Below are positions 1 through 10,107 of a DNA stretch of 64,000 bases, in pieces (the first letter of the stretch is position 1; each line of letters starts with the position of its first letter). The stretch is from a virus (taxonomy: Duplodnaviria > Caudoviricetes). The notes beneath the pieces were generated by a model. That model was not told the origin of the DNA. It saw only the letters and a list, made by a program, of their open reading frames with translations, and did no database searches. The position numbers were made by a program, and so were the translations under genes. Location: the IMG/VR virus record IMGVR_UViG_3300025362_000477, one strand, 5' to 3'.

Positions 1-636
1 CTTTGTCTTATCAATAGAAACATCATTCATAATAGATATGATATCTTTTGTCAGTTCATCTAATTCTTCTGATATAATCCCAGTTCCAATATATTCATTA
101 TTTTCATCTAACTGGAATTTATCTCTAGTTCCCTCTACTCCATAATAAGCAATAACCAATCTAGCAAACGGGAATTTCTTTCCGAATAGACTAATCTGAT
201 AATTAAATTTCCTACGAGTGGTAACTTTTTTCTCCACCATAATTGATTGGATATTAGTCCTCACCTTTATGATATTCTTTCTTTTTATCACTGGTTTATC
301 AAATAATTGATATATAGCAACTTTATAATTACCACCGATATAAAAATGATTATTCAAAAGCCAAGGGATATCATAAGATAAATTAATATCTTCTGAACCA
401 TCCTCATTAGTATAGACCATATCAATATCTAAAATCTTACTCTTAGTTTTCTTTATCTCAGATAAATCTTTTTCTTCTTTATTTTTAATACTAACAGACT
501 TAACTCTTAGTCCAAACGGCTCTCCGCAAGATAGCATCTGAGTGACAGTTTCTACTATTTTATCTTCATCCCATTCATGATCACGGAAATTGAAAACATT
601 TACATCTCTTAACCGGTAACTCGGTACGTCTAACAT
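1..636 (-). CDS. rpoB: RNA polymerase beta subunit, N-terminal part (runs off the left edge of the window)
   Basis: Manual translation from ATG at 636 (AAGGAG-like RBS upstream) is open to position 1. YDIPWLLNNHFYIGGNYKVAIYQL resembles the RpoB motif EIPLMTxxGTFxINGxERVIVSQL. Lies just downstream of the beta' gene. Confidence 0.72.
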   Translation of the reverse strand, partial: MLDVPSYRLRDVNVFNFRDHEWDEDKIVETVTQMLSCGEPFGLRVKSVSIKNKEEKDLSEIKKTKSKILDIDMVYTNEDGSEDINLSYDIPWLLNNHFYIGGNYKVAIYQLFDKPVIKRKNIIKVRTNIQSIMVEKKVTTRRKFNYQISLFGKKFPFARLVIAYYGVEGTRDKFQLDENNEYIGTGIISEELDELTKDIISIMNDVSIDKTK

Positions 637-652
637 ACTATTAATCTCTCCT

Positions 653-1363
653 TTAATTACGACTTTCATCTAAAATTGAAATAAAATCTTTAAATCGTTG
701 AATTTCCATTCTAGGATTTGATAAAAATGAACTTTCTGGGATATAATAAATCATACACGACAATCTAGAGGAAATCAATAATTCTCTATCTTTATCATAA
801 TCGCTCAAAGTCCCATCAATATTAAAATGATGAGATTCTAAAATTTCCACATCTAAATTATATTTTGGAATGTATGCATCCATAAACTTACCTATTTTCA
901 ATGCTAACTCATAATCATTTTTCAAAAACTCCAAATTCACAGCCTGTTCTAACCGTTCAATTATTTGATTTTCATTTCTCCCATTCCGAGGATATGCTGG
1001 TCCTCCATTAAATACCGTGTCAGATATATATTTGATGGTAGAAATACTCATTTTCTTTTTAGTTTCATCGGATACATGATGACCCATGAGGGCTTTAGAA
1101 ATTTTCCTTCTAGTTTCTAATGATCGTTTTTGACCTCTCATTTTCTTCAATGTTTCTTCGGAATGTTTAGATCCAATTCGAGATTTAGACATTTTCAATT
1201 TAGTTTCATCTGAAAGTTTTCGACCTTGTCTATTATTAGAAATTTTAATCTTATGATCCTGTGAAAGATGTTTTCCAATCCATGGTCGATTATGACCATT
1301 GATATATCTATTTCCAACTTTCACCTTTTGACCACAACCACAAGCACATAGTTTATTTTTCAT
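653..1363 (-). CDS. Free-standing homing endonuclease-like protein (CACGCG Zn motif, NUMOD3-like repeats, C-terminal PD-(D/E)XK-like domain)
   Basis: KLCACGCG...NGHN N-terminus, repeated K-x-S-x-ET-K-x-K-M/I-S units, C-terminal DAYIPKYNLDVEILESHH. Confidence 0.75.
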   Translation of the reverse strand: MKNKLCACGCGQKVKVGNRYINGHNRPWIGKHLSQDHKIKISNNRQGRKLSDETKLKMSKSRIGSKHSEETLKKMRGQKRSLETRRKISKALMGHHVSDETKKKMSISTIKYISDTVFNGGPAYPRNGRNENQIIERLEQAVNLEFLKNDYELALKIGKFMDAYIPKYNLDVEILESHHFNIDGTLSDYDKDRELLISSRLSCMIYYIPESSFLSNPRMEIQRFKDFISILDESRN

Positions 1364-1517
1364 AATACTCCTTCAGATTCAATGGTACATCCTTACCATA
1401 TTTCTTCAATAGGAGTATAACAGATTCACAAAATAAATCTTTAATACTAGTTTTATTTTCAGCAGCTAATATTTTTAATAAAACATGAATATCTTCGTCT
1501 ACTAATAATGATTTCAT
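1353..1517 (-). CDS. Small putative ribbon-helix-helix DNA-binding protein (54 aa)
   Basis: Manual translation MKSLLVDEDIHVLLKILAAENKTSIKDLFCESVILLL...; strand-helix-helix pattern; overlaps the start of the endonuclease gene. Confidence 0.35.
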   Translation of the reverse strand: MKSLLVDEDIHVLLKILAAENKTSIKDLFCESVILLLKKYGKDVPLNLKEYYEK

Positions 1518-1571
1518 AATGATTCCTTTAAGATATAATTTTATATTTATTCATATTTTTTAAAGAATCAT

Positions 1572-1601
1572 AGTGGGAGTTGTAAAATTACAACTCCCAC
1601 T
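1572..1601 (-). terminator. Perfect inverted repeat directly after the beta' stop codon; likely terminator or processing hairpin
   Basis: agtgggagttgtaa-aa-ttacaactcccact. Confidence 0.5.
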
Positions 1602-1609
1602 CAATACAA

Positions 1610-4489
1610 TTATATACTATTCGTTAACATCTTCTCTAATATCCCATCTGTTGTAATTGCATCCCCAATTATACCATTTACGATATATGCATGGGGTTTA
1701 CTAAACGCCAAAGCAAGAAGGAATGATTCTTTAGAAGGTACATTTTCAATTGATATAATTTGATGATCTTCTTTATGTCGTTCGGGCATCAACCTCCATC
1801 GACTATCACCGCATCTCATCATTTGTGATATAACACATTCAAAATGAACTAACAACAATGTCTTATGTTGAACATATATAGTAAACAAACGTTTTAACAA
1901 TTCTAACGCGTCAATCTTCATTGTTCCATGAAGAAGTTTATTTACAACAGTTAAATCACTTATGATATCCTTCTGATTTTCATCTTCTTGTTCTCTTGAC
2001 ATTACCGCAATTCCACCAGTGTGAAATGTTCGAAGTGTTAATTGAGTTGCAACTTCGCCAAGTGCTTGAGCTGCAATTACACCTATATATTTTGAATGAC
2101 AAGATTTGCTACTTTCTCCATAACATTTCTTGCATATTCGTGAAGATTTACAATATATTGGAGATCTCAATTTTAATGTTTTTCCACATAAATCCAAATA
2201 ATTACTATCAGTTATTAACGTCAAGTCACCATTCTCATCATAATGCCATCTCCCAACTAAACTACGAGCTAATTTAATTGCATCCAATTCATTCTTTTCA
2301 TTTAATAGAATATTCTTTTGAATTTTTTTCTCATTTTCATCCTCAATATGAGATACCATTGATTCAATTTCTTCATCACTAATGTTTCTTGGAATCTTCA
2401 AAGTCAAATAATCCGTAGTACCACAATCATCCAACTCTTCCTCTAATTCAAGATTGGCACTACAATATACTAATTTTCGTGTCAAGTATCCAGATACAGC
2501 TGTATTTAATGCCACATCCAACAAAGCTTTCCGTGATCCATAACAAGAGATAAAATATTCATCCCTCGTTAAACCAGATACTAAATTATGTTTAATTGGT
2601 GTTGGAACAACTTCACCCTTAGAATTTGACATATATCCACGACAGAATATTAACTGATTAGCTTGATCCCATGAACCTCGAGATCCCGATTTAATAAAAT
2701 CAGAATATGGAAATATTTCCTGTACATGTTTCTTATAGGGACTATCGTTTAACTCATGAAATTTATCTACTATACTTTTATCGGGATCATCAACAATTGC
2801 TGATACAACATCATAAGAACCTTCATCATCCAAATCTTTCAATGAAAAGGTAACCCCTCGTAATGTAGTCTCCCGCAATCCAAGTTTCTTAATTTTATCA
2901 ACAACTAATTTCACTACTTCTGGGTCATATCTATGAACAACCTCATTCAGAAGAATATTGATTTCTTTCTTATCAATTATTTTATTGATAAATGGGAAAT
3001 CATCTGGAAACACTTCATTGAATGTAATTCTACTTTTTGTAGTCTGTTTATCAACTTCAATCCCATCAGGTCCTATTTTTATATTACTCCCATCATAATC
3101 ACACACTGTAGATGCATCATCTTTAGTCATTAAATATAAACCAAGCAATATATCCTGATTGATACCAAGAATCATCTTCCCAGTTGAGGGAGAAATCAAA
3201 TTCTTTAAAATAAATATTTTATCATAATTTGATTGTAACGTTTTATCATACAATGAAATATATGCTGCCATCTGATCTCCATCAAAATCAGCATTGTATG
3301 GTTCACATATACATGGATGAATTTTAATAACATCATCAGTATTAATTTTTATTTTAAAAGATAACAATCCCATTCTGTGAAGAGTGGGTTGACGATTTAA
3401 AATAATCAATTGATCTTTCGTAATTTCTTGAACAATCTCCATCAACGAATAATCTTTCATTGCTATACAGGTATTAACATAATCAATAGTCGGGTCATAT
3501 CGCACAAATCGATGTTCCCCAACATGCTTTATTTCAAGTAATCTATTAACAACCTTTAATTTATATAACTCCAATGCCATAGTATATGGGATAGAAGCTT
3601 GGTCTAATTCTAATTCTGGACCAGGACATATCACAGCGCGTGCGGAAAAATCAATTCTTTTACCAAGTATTGATCCTCGAATCAATCCAGACTTTTTAGA
3701 AAATTTTGAAAAGACATAATCATAAAAATTAAATACATATCTCTGCAAATTCTTAAAATTAATCATTTGAATTTCAGAATTCTCATATGTTGAAACATCG
3801 TTTTCTAACATTAAAGCAAAATTCAAAATAGTCATATAGAATTCATTCATTTTATCCCGCATCTGGGCATCTTTAGTTTTTGATACTGGTCGAAACTCAG
3901 GCGGACATATAATAACATTCTTCATGAAGAATTTATGAAGATTTTCATTCACAAACTTCCATGTTGGATTGGTATCCATAAGTCTTTCAGATTCAAATTT
4001 AATCAAATCATATATACCATTAGATCCTGTATATAATATTACACCTTCAGGCAATTCAACTGCTTCATCTTCAATAGTTGGAACATTCACTTTAATATAT
4101 CGTTTCGATTTAACATTAAAATAAAACCCCATTACAGAATCATCATTAATCATTGCATCAACAACTTTACTAATAGTTACTTTACCAGCTCGAGTTATAA
4201 GATATGTCATAATTGGATTGATAACTGGAAAGGGTAACACGATTTTCCCAAACTTTTTTCTACGAAGACTCGAATTTCCAATCTCGACACCGCAAATACT
4301 ACAAGTTTCACCAATCTTTGATCGTCCCCAATATATACCACACCCACAAGTACATGTTCTTACTGGGCCAAAAATTTTTTCTGAAAATAACCCATTGGGG
4401 TGAAACCCTTTTTTAGAATATATCTTATTCGTGGTAACGGCAGGTAGATCAACACAGAAAGCATCCACGTCAAAAAAATCTATTTTCAT
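1610..4489 (-). CDS. rpoC: Multisubunit RNA polymerase beta' subunit, compact and unsplit (959 aa)
   Basis: GLFSEKIFGP, Zn finger CTCGC...CSIC, ILGKRIDFSARAVI, LNRQPTLHR, catalytic YNADFDGDQM, bridge helix SGYLTRKLV, trigger loop GEVATQLTLRTFHTGG. Confidence 0.97.
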   Translation of the reverse strand: MKIDFFDVDAFCVDLPAVTTNKIYSKKGFHPNGLFSEKIFGPVRTCTCGCGIYWGRSKIGETCSICGVEIGNSSLRRKKFGKIVLPFPVINPIMTYLITRAGKVTISKVVDAMINDDSVMGFYFNVKSKRYIKVNVPTIEDEAVELPEGVILYTGSNGIYDLIKFESERLMDTNPTWKFVNENLHKFFMKNVIICPPEFRPVSKTKDAQMRDKMNEFYMTILNFALMLENDVSTYENSEIQMINFKNLQRYVFNFYDYVFSKFSKKSGLIRGSILGKRIDFSARAVICPGPELELDQASIPYTMALELYKLKVVNRLLEIKHVGEHRFVRYDPTIDYVNTCIAMKDYSLMEIVQEITKDQLIILNRQPTLHRMGLLSFKIKINTDDVIKIHPCICEPYNADFDGDQMAAYISLYDKTLQSNYDKIFILKNLISPSTGKMILGINQDILLGLYLMTKDDASTVCDYDGSNIKIGPDGIEVDKQTTKSRITFNEVFPDDFPFINKIIDKKEINILLNEVVHRYDPEVVKLVVDKIKKLGLRETTLRGVTFSLKDLDDEGSYDVVSAIVDDPDKSIVDKFHELNDSPYKKHVQEIFPYSDFIKSGSRGSWDQANQLIFCRGYMSNSKGEVVPTPIKHNLVSGLTRDEYFISCYGSRKALLDVALNTAVSGYLTRKLVYCSANLELEEELDDCGTTDYLTLKIPRNISDEEIESMVSHIEDENEKKIQKNILLNEKNELDAIKLARSLVGRWHYDENGDLTLITDSNYLDLCGKTLKLRSPIYCKSSRICKKCYGESSKSCHSKYIGVIAAQALGEVATQLTLRTFHTGGIAVMSREQEDENQKDIISDLTVVNKLLHGTMKIDALELLKRLFTIYVQHKTLLLVHFECVISQMMRCGDSRWRLMPERHKEDHQIISIENVPSKESFLLALAFSKPHAYIVNGIIGDAITTDGILEKMLTNSI

Positions 4490-4492
4490 TCA

Positions 4493-5008
4493 TTAACCTC
4501 TATTAATTTTAATTGTATCGGAAAATATCTCGAGCAGTAATTCTTTCATTTTATCCTTAGATAATTCTATTCGTTCATTTATAGAATTATCAATAGCAGG
4601 TATAACTTCATTCTTTAATTCTATTCTTAATTGATCTTCCACTATTTCTTGAATTTTATCTACTAAATTAGTAGATAGCCATTCATCCAGAGCTTTTATA
4701 TTCTGTTTTTGAACGCTATCAAGGATAACAGCTGCTATTCGACGAGTATCATCACTTTCAGTAATTGCTTCATTCTTCTCTGGATCATATTCAATTGTCA
4801 GACCATATAACTTAGTACGACATGGTAGATATTCAGTATCTACTTTCCCTTCTGTTTTCGCAGATTCATTCCTTAGACATGTTGCAATTTTTGATAGTTT
4901 CTTATCTCCGAATACTCTTTTATAATTTTCTTTTATAACTGATAATGGATATAATGCACCGACCATCATCAAACTACATATTTGATCTATTAATTTAATT
5001 TCACTCAT
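4493..5008 (-). CDS. Hypothetical protein
   Basis: 171-aa ORF tightly packed upstream of rpoC. Confidence 0.7.
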   Translation of the reverse strand: MSEIKLIDQICSLMMVGALYPLSVIKENYKRVFGDKKLSKIATCLRNESAKTEGKVDTEYLPCRTKLYGLTIEYDPEKNEAITESDDTRRIAAVILDSVQKQNIKALDEWLSTNLVDKIQEIVEDQLRIELKNEVIPAIDNSINERIELSKDKMKELLLEIFSDTIKINRG

Positions 5009-5612
5009 CGATAATCTCCATTAGAGGTTGTAATTCATCACGATTTAAATATGATTGAGAAATATTGAATTGTGATAACATCACTTCTAAAAGTAATATA
5101 TTTTCATAATTCAATGGTAAATCTAAAAAGCGAGAATCTAAACAGAATTGGTTACTAACATTATTTAAATTTGGATGGCAACCTTCACAATATACTTCTT
5201 GAATATTCAAGTTTTTCAAAATCCTATATTTTGAAATTCCATATCCTAAATCTTTAATTTTTTTTTGTCGAATATCATTTAAAATAGAAACTCTATTATT
5301 ATTTTGAATCATCGAGCATGATATTAATTTATCACATACTAAAAAATCATCTTCAATATAATAATGATCCTTATCTAAAATTTCTCTTAAACCTTCATTA
5401 AATGATGTAGTTGATTCCAATTTCTTTAATTCATAAGAACATTCTATCCTCCATAATTCTGCCATTAACCATCTAGGATTTTCATGATATATTCCATCAT
5501 ATAAAATTGCATCTTCTATATTTGATATAATATCAGGAACTTCTTTATTCAAATCAATAGAATCAAGTGATACTTTAAATTTTTTACATATTCTTATAAT
5601 ATCCAATTTCAT
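5001..5612 (-). CDS. Putative prokaryotic E2/UBC-like protein
   Basis: GCHPNLNNVSNQFCLD (HPN...C) followed by LEVMLSQFNISQSY, paralleling the same motif in 13354..15222; next to a ThiF gene. Confidence 0.45.
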   Translation of the reverse strand: MKLDIIRICKKFKVSLDSIDLNKEVPDIISNIEDAILYDGIYHENPRWLMAELWRIECSYELKKLESTTSFNEGLREILDKDHYYIEDDFLVCDKLISCSMIQNNNRVSILNDIRQKKIKDLGYGISKYRILKNLNIQEVYCEGCHPNLNNVSNQFCLDSRFLDLPLNYENILLLEVMLSQFNISQSYLNRDELQPLMEIIDE

Positions 5613-5863
5613 GCAGCACCTGTCACTGGATGGATCTCCATTTTTATATCTTTTAATGATGGATCATACGTTACAGCAACTCTAGAATGAGGAAACTCTT
5701 TTGCCATTTTCAAAATTGTATCTTTTAATTTATCCATATCTACAAAATCAATCTCCTTTTGAATATTTAATATAGGAATTTCTGCTATAATATGCTTCTC
5801 CTTAAAAACCTCCAAATCTCTTTCTAATAATTCATAATTCAAAATGCTTTTTTGACTTGTCAT
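5609..5863 (-). CDS. Small protein ending in -TGAA; candidate ubiquitin-like protein
   Basis: 84 aa, sits between a ThiF-like and an E2-like gene with overlapping stop and start codons; C-terminus MEIHPVTGAA. Confidence 0.35.
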   Translation of the reverse strand: MTSQKSILNYELLERDLEVFKEKHIIAEIPILNIQKEIDFVDMDKLKDTILKMAKEFPHSRVAVTYDPSLKDIKMEIHPVTGAA

Positions 5864-6404
5864 ATAAATTTTCCCTTTTCAATATATGTATGTTATTTGT
5901 TTTCAAATTATAAAATCTAAAATCTTTATATAGATATTGATCATTCTTTAGATATTCCAAAACTTTAAATGCCGCAGATTCAATATAATATGGATTCTTT
6001 GATATAATATAACGATGATAATCTAATGCATCTTGTTTCGACATACTATCGATGTATAACATATAACCATCTAACGATATTCTAATATCAGCATTTATAT
6101 CGGGACTTTTACAATCACGACAATCAATAACAAAACCATTTCCTTCTATTGGACGTTCAATCTTTTCCATGAATACTTCTACTTCCATTGAAGGATTTTC
6201 ATATTTACATTGAAATCTCACTATTTTTATTTTTGGGATGCTACCCTCTTCTTTAAGAAAAGGATATGATGGATTTTCTGTGAACCGACTAACTACATCA
6301 AAATCATATATTTTTAATTGACTAATCAATTTTGATTTTGCTAATGATATAGCTAGTACTGATCCAACAGTTCCACAACCCACAATTAAAGGTTGATCTA
6401 TCAT
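5832..6404 (-). CDS. ThiF/MoeB/E1-like adenylation protein (short, divergent)
   Basis: LIVGCGTVGSVLAISLA Gly-rich loop, YDFDVV, VIDCRD. Confidence 0.75.
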   Translation of the reverse strand: MIDQPLIVGCGTVGSVLAISLAKSKLISQLKIYDFDVVSRFTENPSYPFLKEEGSIPKIKIVRFQCKYENPSMEVEVFMEKIERPIEGNGFVIDCRDCKSPDINADIRISLDGYMLYIDSMSKQDALDYHRYIISKNPYYIESAAFKVLEYLKNDQYLYKDFRFYNLKTNNIHILKRENLYDKSKKHFEL

Positions 6405-6406
6405 AA

Positions 6407-6784
6407 TTATTGAATTTTAGATGGTCTAAATAAAAATCTATGAACTTTACAATTTTGATCTAAAGTATAATTCTTGTCATTGATTAACAAATAATCACGC
6501 ATCAATAAAAATTGATCTCTCATTTCTTCTATTTTTTCATTATTCAACTCTTTGGTCTTTGCATCTAATAATATTTCCAAACATAAATGCTCTCCTTTAG
6601 GTGCGATTTTAAATAACTTCCTAACTGATAAATCACTATGCGCGGGAATAACCTTTCGAAATCTAAGTCCAGATTCCTTTAATATCTTCGCTACTTCATA
6701 TCCCTTCCTTGCTGCTTGTCGAGAGTCTTCATCTGCATTCATATCGAATTTTAAATTTTTCCTTGATTTTACTACTTCATCCAT
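6407..6784 (-). CDS. Hypothetical protein
   Basis: 125-aa ORF within the operon. Confidence 0.65.
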   Translation of the reverse strand: MDEVVKSRKNLKFDMNADEDSRQAARKGYEVAKILKESGLRFRKVIPAHSDLSVRKLFKIAPKGEHLCLEILLDAKTKELNNEKIEEMRDQFLLMRDYLLINDKNYTLDQNCKVHRFLFRPSKIQ

Positions 6785-7281
6785 TATCTTCCTCCTGCTA
6801 GTAATTGTAAATAATCTCTATGAACGAAATCGGCAACGGACATAGCTAAATACCTATAATCCTCTTTCAATTCATTCATTTCTTTATTCATTATATAATT
6901 ATTATCTATATAACATACTTTAGTGATTTTCCTATCAGTGTAACCAATATTGAAAGATCCTTCTAAGATAGATTTTATAAGACCTGCTTTAAAAGCAGCT
7001 TCTTGCTTCACATTTTTAAAGTACCAAAACCATGTTGGACTTGTAATAATTTTCTCTGGATTTAGATGGTGATACCCACAAACAGCCTTAATTAACATTC
7101 TGTCAATTCTAGGTCGTGATGTCAATATACACCATCTAATATCAAACTGCCCAGGATCACAGTGCAGTTGCTTGAAGGATATTTGGAAATTTTTAACAAA
7201 CCCTAACCAATCATCACTCCCAGCAACCGTACCATCAAAATCAAACAGATATAATAAACTAGCTGTTTTCAGAATCATCAT
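6784..7281 (-). CDS. HAD-superfamily phosphatase
   Basis: LFDFDGTV (motif I), ILTSRP (motif II), YIDNN (motif IV-like). Confidence 0.75.
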   Translation of the reverse strand: MMILKTASLLYLFDFDGTVAGSDDWLGFVKNFQISFKQLHCDPGQFDIRWCILTSRPRIDRMLIKAVCGYHHLNPEKIITSPTWFWYFKNVKQEAAFKAGLIKSILEGSFNIGYTDRKITKVCYIDNNYIMNKEMNELKEDYRYLAMSVADFVHRDYLQLLAGGR

Positions 7282-7498
7282 TTTCCTTCTTAATAAGGAT
7301 TTTATGTTTCACCGATAATGTATTATCAGCATATCCAATCGTAGTTTTTCCATCCTTTTGTTCAATTTCCACACCCATAGAATCAATACCTTTTGTTAAG
7401 GTTCCACTACATTCAGGAGTGCCTAGAGTTAACTTAATTTCTGTATCTCTACAAAAACTAGCAACTGTTTTAGCTCCACGTTTTATATATTTTTTCAT
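7259..7498 (-). CDS. Small beta-rich hypothetical protein (possibly Sm/LSm-like)
   Basis: IKLTL...SGTLTKGIDSMGVEIE strand pattern; weak resemblance only. Confidence 0.4.
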   Translation of the reverse strand: MKKYIKRGAKTVASFCRDTEIKLTLGTPECSGTLTKGIDSMGVEIEQKDGKTTIGYADNTLSVKHKILIKKENDDSENS

Positions 7499-10107
7499 AT
7501 TTTAAATATCCTATCAGGTTCCATATCTTCAGCTGTATTGTGAGTGATAAGTGTGACATTTTTATCTCTAGATATTAATTTTGATAGTTGACAAAATATC
7601 TGTCTATTATCTGCATCTAAAGAATCCAATACTTCATCATAAAATAGATTATGTATTCTCTTATTATATAATCTCTCTGTTAATGATCTTAATGCTTCCA
7701 TACATGCCAAATCAACCATTCTCTTTTCACCACCGGAAAGCATCTTGTGACTATCTGTTCCTTTAATATTATGTAAAACTTTAACTTTAAACTTATCTCG
7801 AATATCCCCACTCTTAGTCTCACTGAGAGTATCAAATGAAACCGTGAATATACCAGGTGCAATTTTCTCTAAAGCTTCTGCCACTGATTCATTCATATGA
7901 GGAATTGCCATATCTATCAACATACTCTTAATTCCAGTATCTGAAAATGACTTTTTCCAAAATAATAAGATTTCTAGTTCCCTTTCGATCAAACCCCTTT
8001 TCGCTATTTCATCTATATGTTTTTGTTCAATAAGTAGTTTCTCAGATTTCTCCACTTCAATTCGAGTATCATCAATATCTTCTTCATTTTCAATGTTGAT
8101 TATATTCGTTTTGACATTATCTAATTCGTACCCCTTACCATTTTTTGAATCAACTAAGATATCATATTGAATTTTTGCATCTGATTCGATCTTAATTTGA
8201 GATTCAACTACACTGAATCTAGCAGAATCGACTTCAGATTTAGATTTTGAAGAATTAGTAATATCAGTCTGAAGTTGTATATACTTTTTATTATGTTCGG
8301 ATTGTTTATTTTGTCTTTCTAAATCAAACCTATTAGCTATTTCAGTTTCATCTATATCACATTTAGATTGAATGTCAGCTGATCTAGTATCAATATCAAG
8401 CTGCCTAGTTCTATAAACTTCAGTCTCGTTATCCATATTAGATTTGAGTTCATTAATCTTAACTTCACTGATCCTTCTATATTCAACAATCTCGTTATTA
8501 AGTAATTCGAGTTTTCTCTGAAATTCTTCAGCTCTCTTATTTTTCTTAATTTTGACATCATTAATTTTATCATCATAATCAGATCGGGCTTTATCCTTCA
8601 CCTCAGTACATTCTTTAAATTCAGCTTTCAGAACAACCATCTTATCTTCAATAGACTTAAATTGAACATTAAGGTCTATTATGATAGCTTTACCTTTAGA
8701 TATATCTTTCTTAATGATCTCAATATCTTCATCACTTGTAAATGGTCTCAAACATTTACTACATGTTGGAGATTCACCTAATAAAGATTCTTCATCTTTT
8801 GTCACTGATAACTGTTTTTCATCAATGTTAGTTTTTATAGATGCAGCATCACTTTTTAATTCAGATGCATTATCTCTTAGATCCTGAGCATTCTTCTCAA
8901 TGATGCCAAGTCTAGTCTCTTTCTCATGCTCAAGTGTAGATGTTGAAAATTCAACTTCTAATTGATTGATAGAGAAATTAACTTGTTGTATCTCTTTCTG
9001 TTTCTCTCTTTCAAAGTCAGAACAATCTTTGGTTATTGGAGTAGTATCATATTTTTTTGATATCTCCGAAATCTTCAAATAATTATCAGCCTTGTCATTT
9101 CTGAGCTTTTCTAATTTAACTTCACATGAATCTTTGACTACCTGTATCTCTTCTCGGCATCTATTAATAAAGTCATTATTTATTACTACTATCTCAGCCG
9201 ACTTTTTATTATCTGATTTATCCAAATCATCAAATAATGTTTTAGAGACCTGATCTAATTTTTGCCGCAATATAATAATTTCAGTTTTCAATTGATCTAA
9301 TTTGTTGGAATCAAATCCCATTTCATTAATCTGAATGGCAATCAATTGTATTTCATTTTCTAATCGTGTTTTAGTTAGTTTATGACTATCTAAACTATCT
9401 TGTTTCTTCTTCTCAGCTAATTCTTTATCAGATATTAATCGTTCAATACTTTGAGATTTCCATTCAATTTCTTGCTTAATTTTATCAATAGAAATAGTCA
9501 CATCTTGAATATCTTTCTTCAATACACCTTCTACTTCAAAAGCATTCTTATAATAAGTATTGTACACCTTAGTCTGTAATACTGAATCAAAAATCTCTTT
9601 CTGTTGAGTATTAGTCAGGGAGGTGAAGAAGTTCTTAACTTGTTGGCTAAAGTTAATCACGTTATGATAAATGTCTTTTGGATAAAGAATCTTTTCAATT
9701 AATTTATATGTGTCAGCTTTTGTTTTCCCGGTTATCGGAATATCATTCTTGAATAAGAAGAATTGATTATGAAATTTCTTATGTTCATAATACAGTTCAG
9801 TTCTATATTCATCAGTGGTATTGGTATCTGAATCAACTACTCGGAAATAAGTTTTAATCTCTAAATCTTTTCCCGTCTTTCGATTTACCATATCTGCAAT
9901 TGTAATTTTATCACCAGGAGGAGCACCATCATCCCCATATAACCCCATCGAAACGGCTTTTGGGATAGTAGATTTTCCTGCTCCATTCTTACCTTGGATC
10001 ACAGTAAAACTATCTATCGGGAAGTCCATTTCCATTTCATAATGGCAACGACAATTCTTCATCGTGATATTGTATATATAAATATCTTGCATTTTATATC
10101 CTCTCAA
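7495..10107 (-). CDS. sbcC: Rad50/SbcC-like ABC ATPase (T4 gp46-like)
   Basis: Walker A GKNGAGKST, long coiled coil with CSKC zinc hook, signature LSGGEKR, Walker B LFYDEVLDSLD. Confidence 0.95.
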   Translation of the reverse strand: MRGYKMQDIYIYNITMKNCRCHYEMEMDFPIDSFTVIQGKNGAGKSTIPKAVSMGLYGDDGAPPGDKITIADMVNRKTGKDLEIKTYFRVVDSDTNTTDEYRTELYYEHKKFHNQFFLFKNDIPITGKTKADTYKLIEKILYPKDIYHNVINFSQQVKNFFTSLTNTQQKEIFDSVLQTKVYNTYYKNAFEVEGVLKKDIQDVTISIDKIKQEIEWKSQSIERLISDKELAEKKKQDSLDSHKLTKTRLENEIQLIAIQINEMGFDSNKLDQLKTEIIILRQKLDQVSKTLFDDLDKSDNKKSAEIVVINNDFINRCREEIQVVKDSCEVKLEKLRNDKADNYLKISEISKKYDTTPITKDCSDFEREKQKEIQQVNFSINQLEVEFSTSTLEHEKETRLGIIEKNAQDLRDNASELKSDAASIKTNIDEKQLSVTKDEESLLGESPTCSKCLRPFTSDEDIEIIKKDISKGKAIIIDLNVQFKSIEDKMVVLKAEFKECTEVKDKARSDYDDKINDVKIKKNKRAEEFQRKLELLNNEIVEYRRISEVKINELKSNMDNETEVYRTRQLDIDTRSADIQSKCDIDETEIANRFDLERQNKQSEHNKKYIQLQTDITNSSKSKSEVDSARFSVVESQIKIESDAKIQYDILVDSKNGKGYELDNVKTNIINIENEEDIDDTRIEVEKSEKLLIEQKHIDEIAKRGLIERELEILLFWKKSFSDTGIKSMLIDMAIPHMNESVAEALEKIAPGIFTVSFDTLSETKSGDIRDKFKVKVLHNIKGTDSHKMLSGGEKRMVDLACMEALRSLTERLYNKRIHNLFYDEVLDSLDADNRQIFCQLSKLISRDKNVTLITHNTAEDMEPDRIFKI

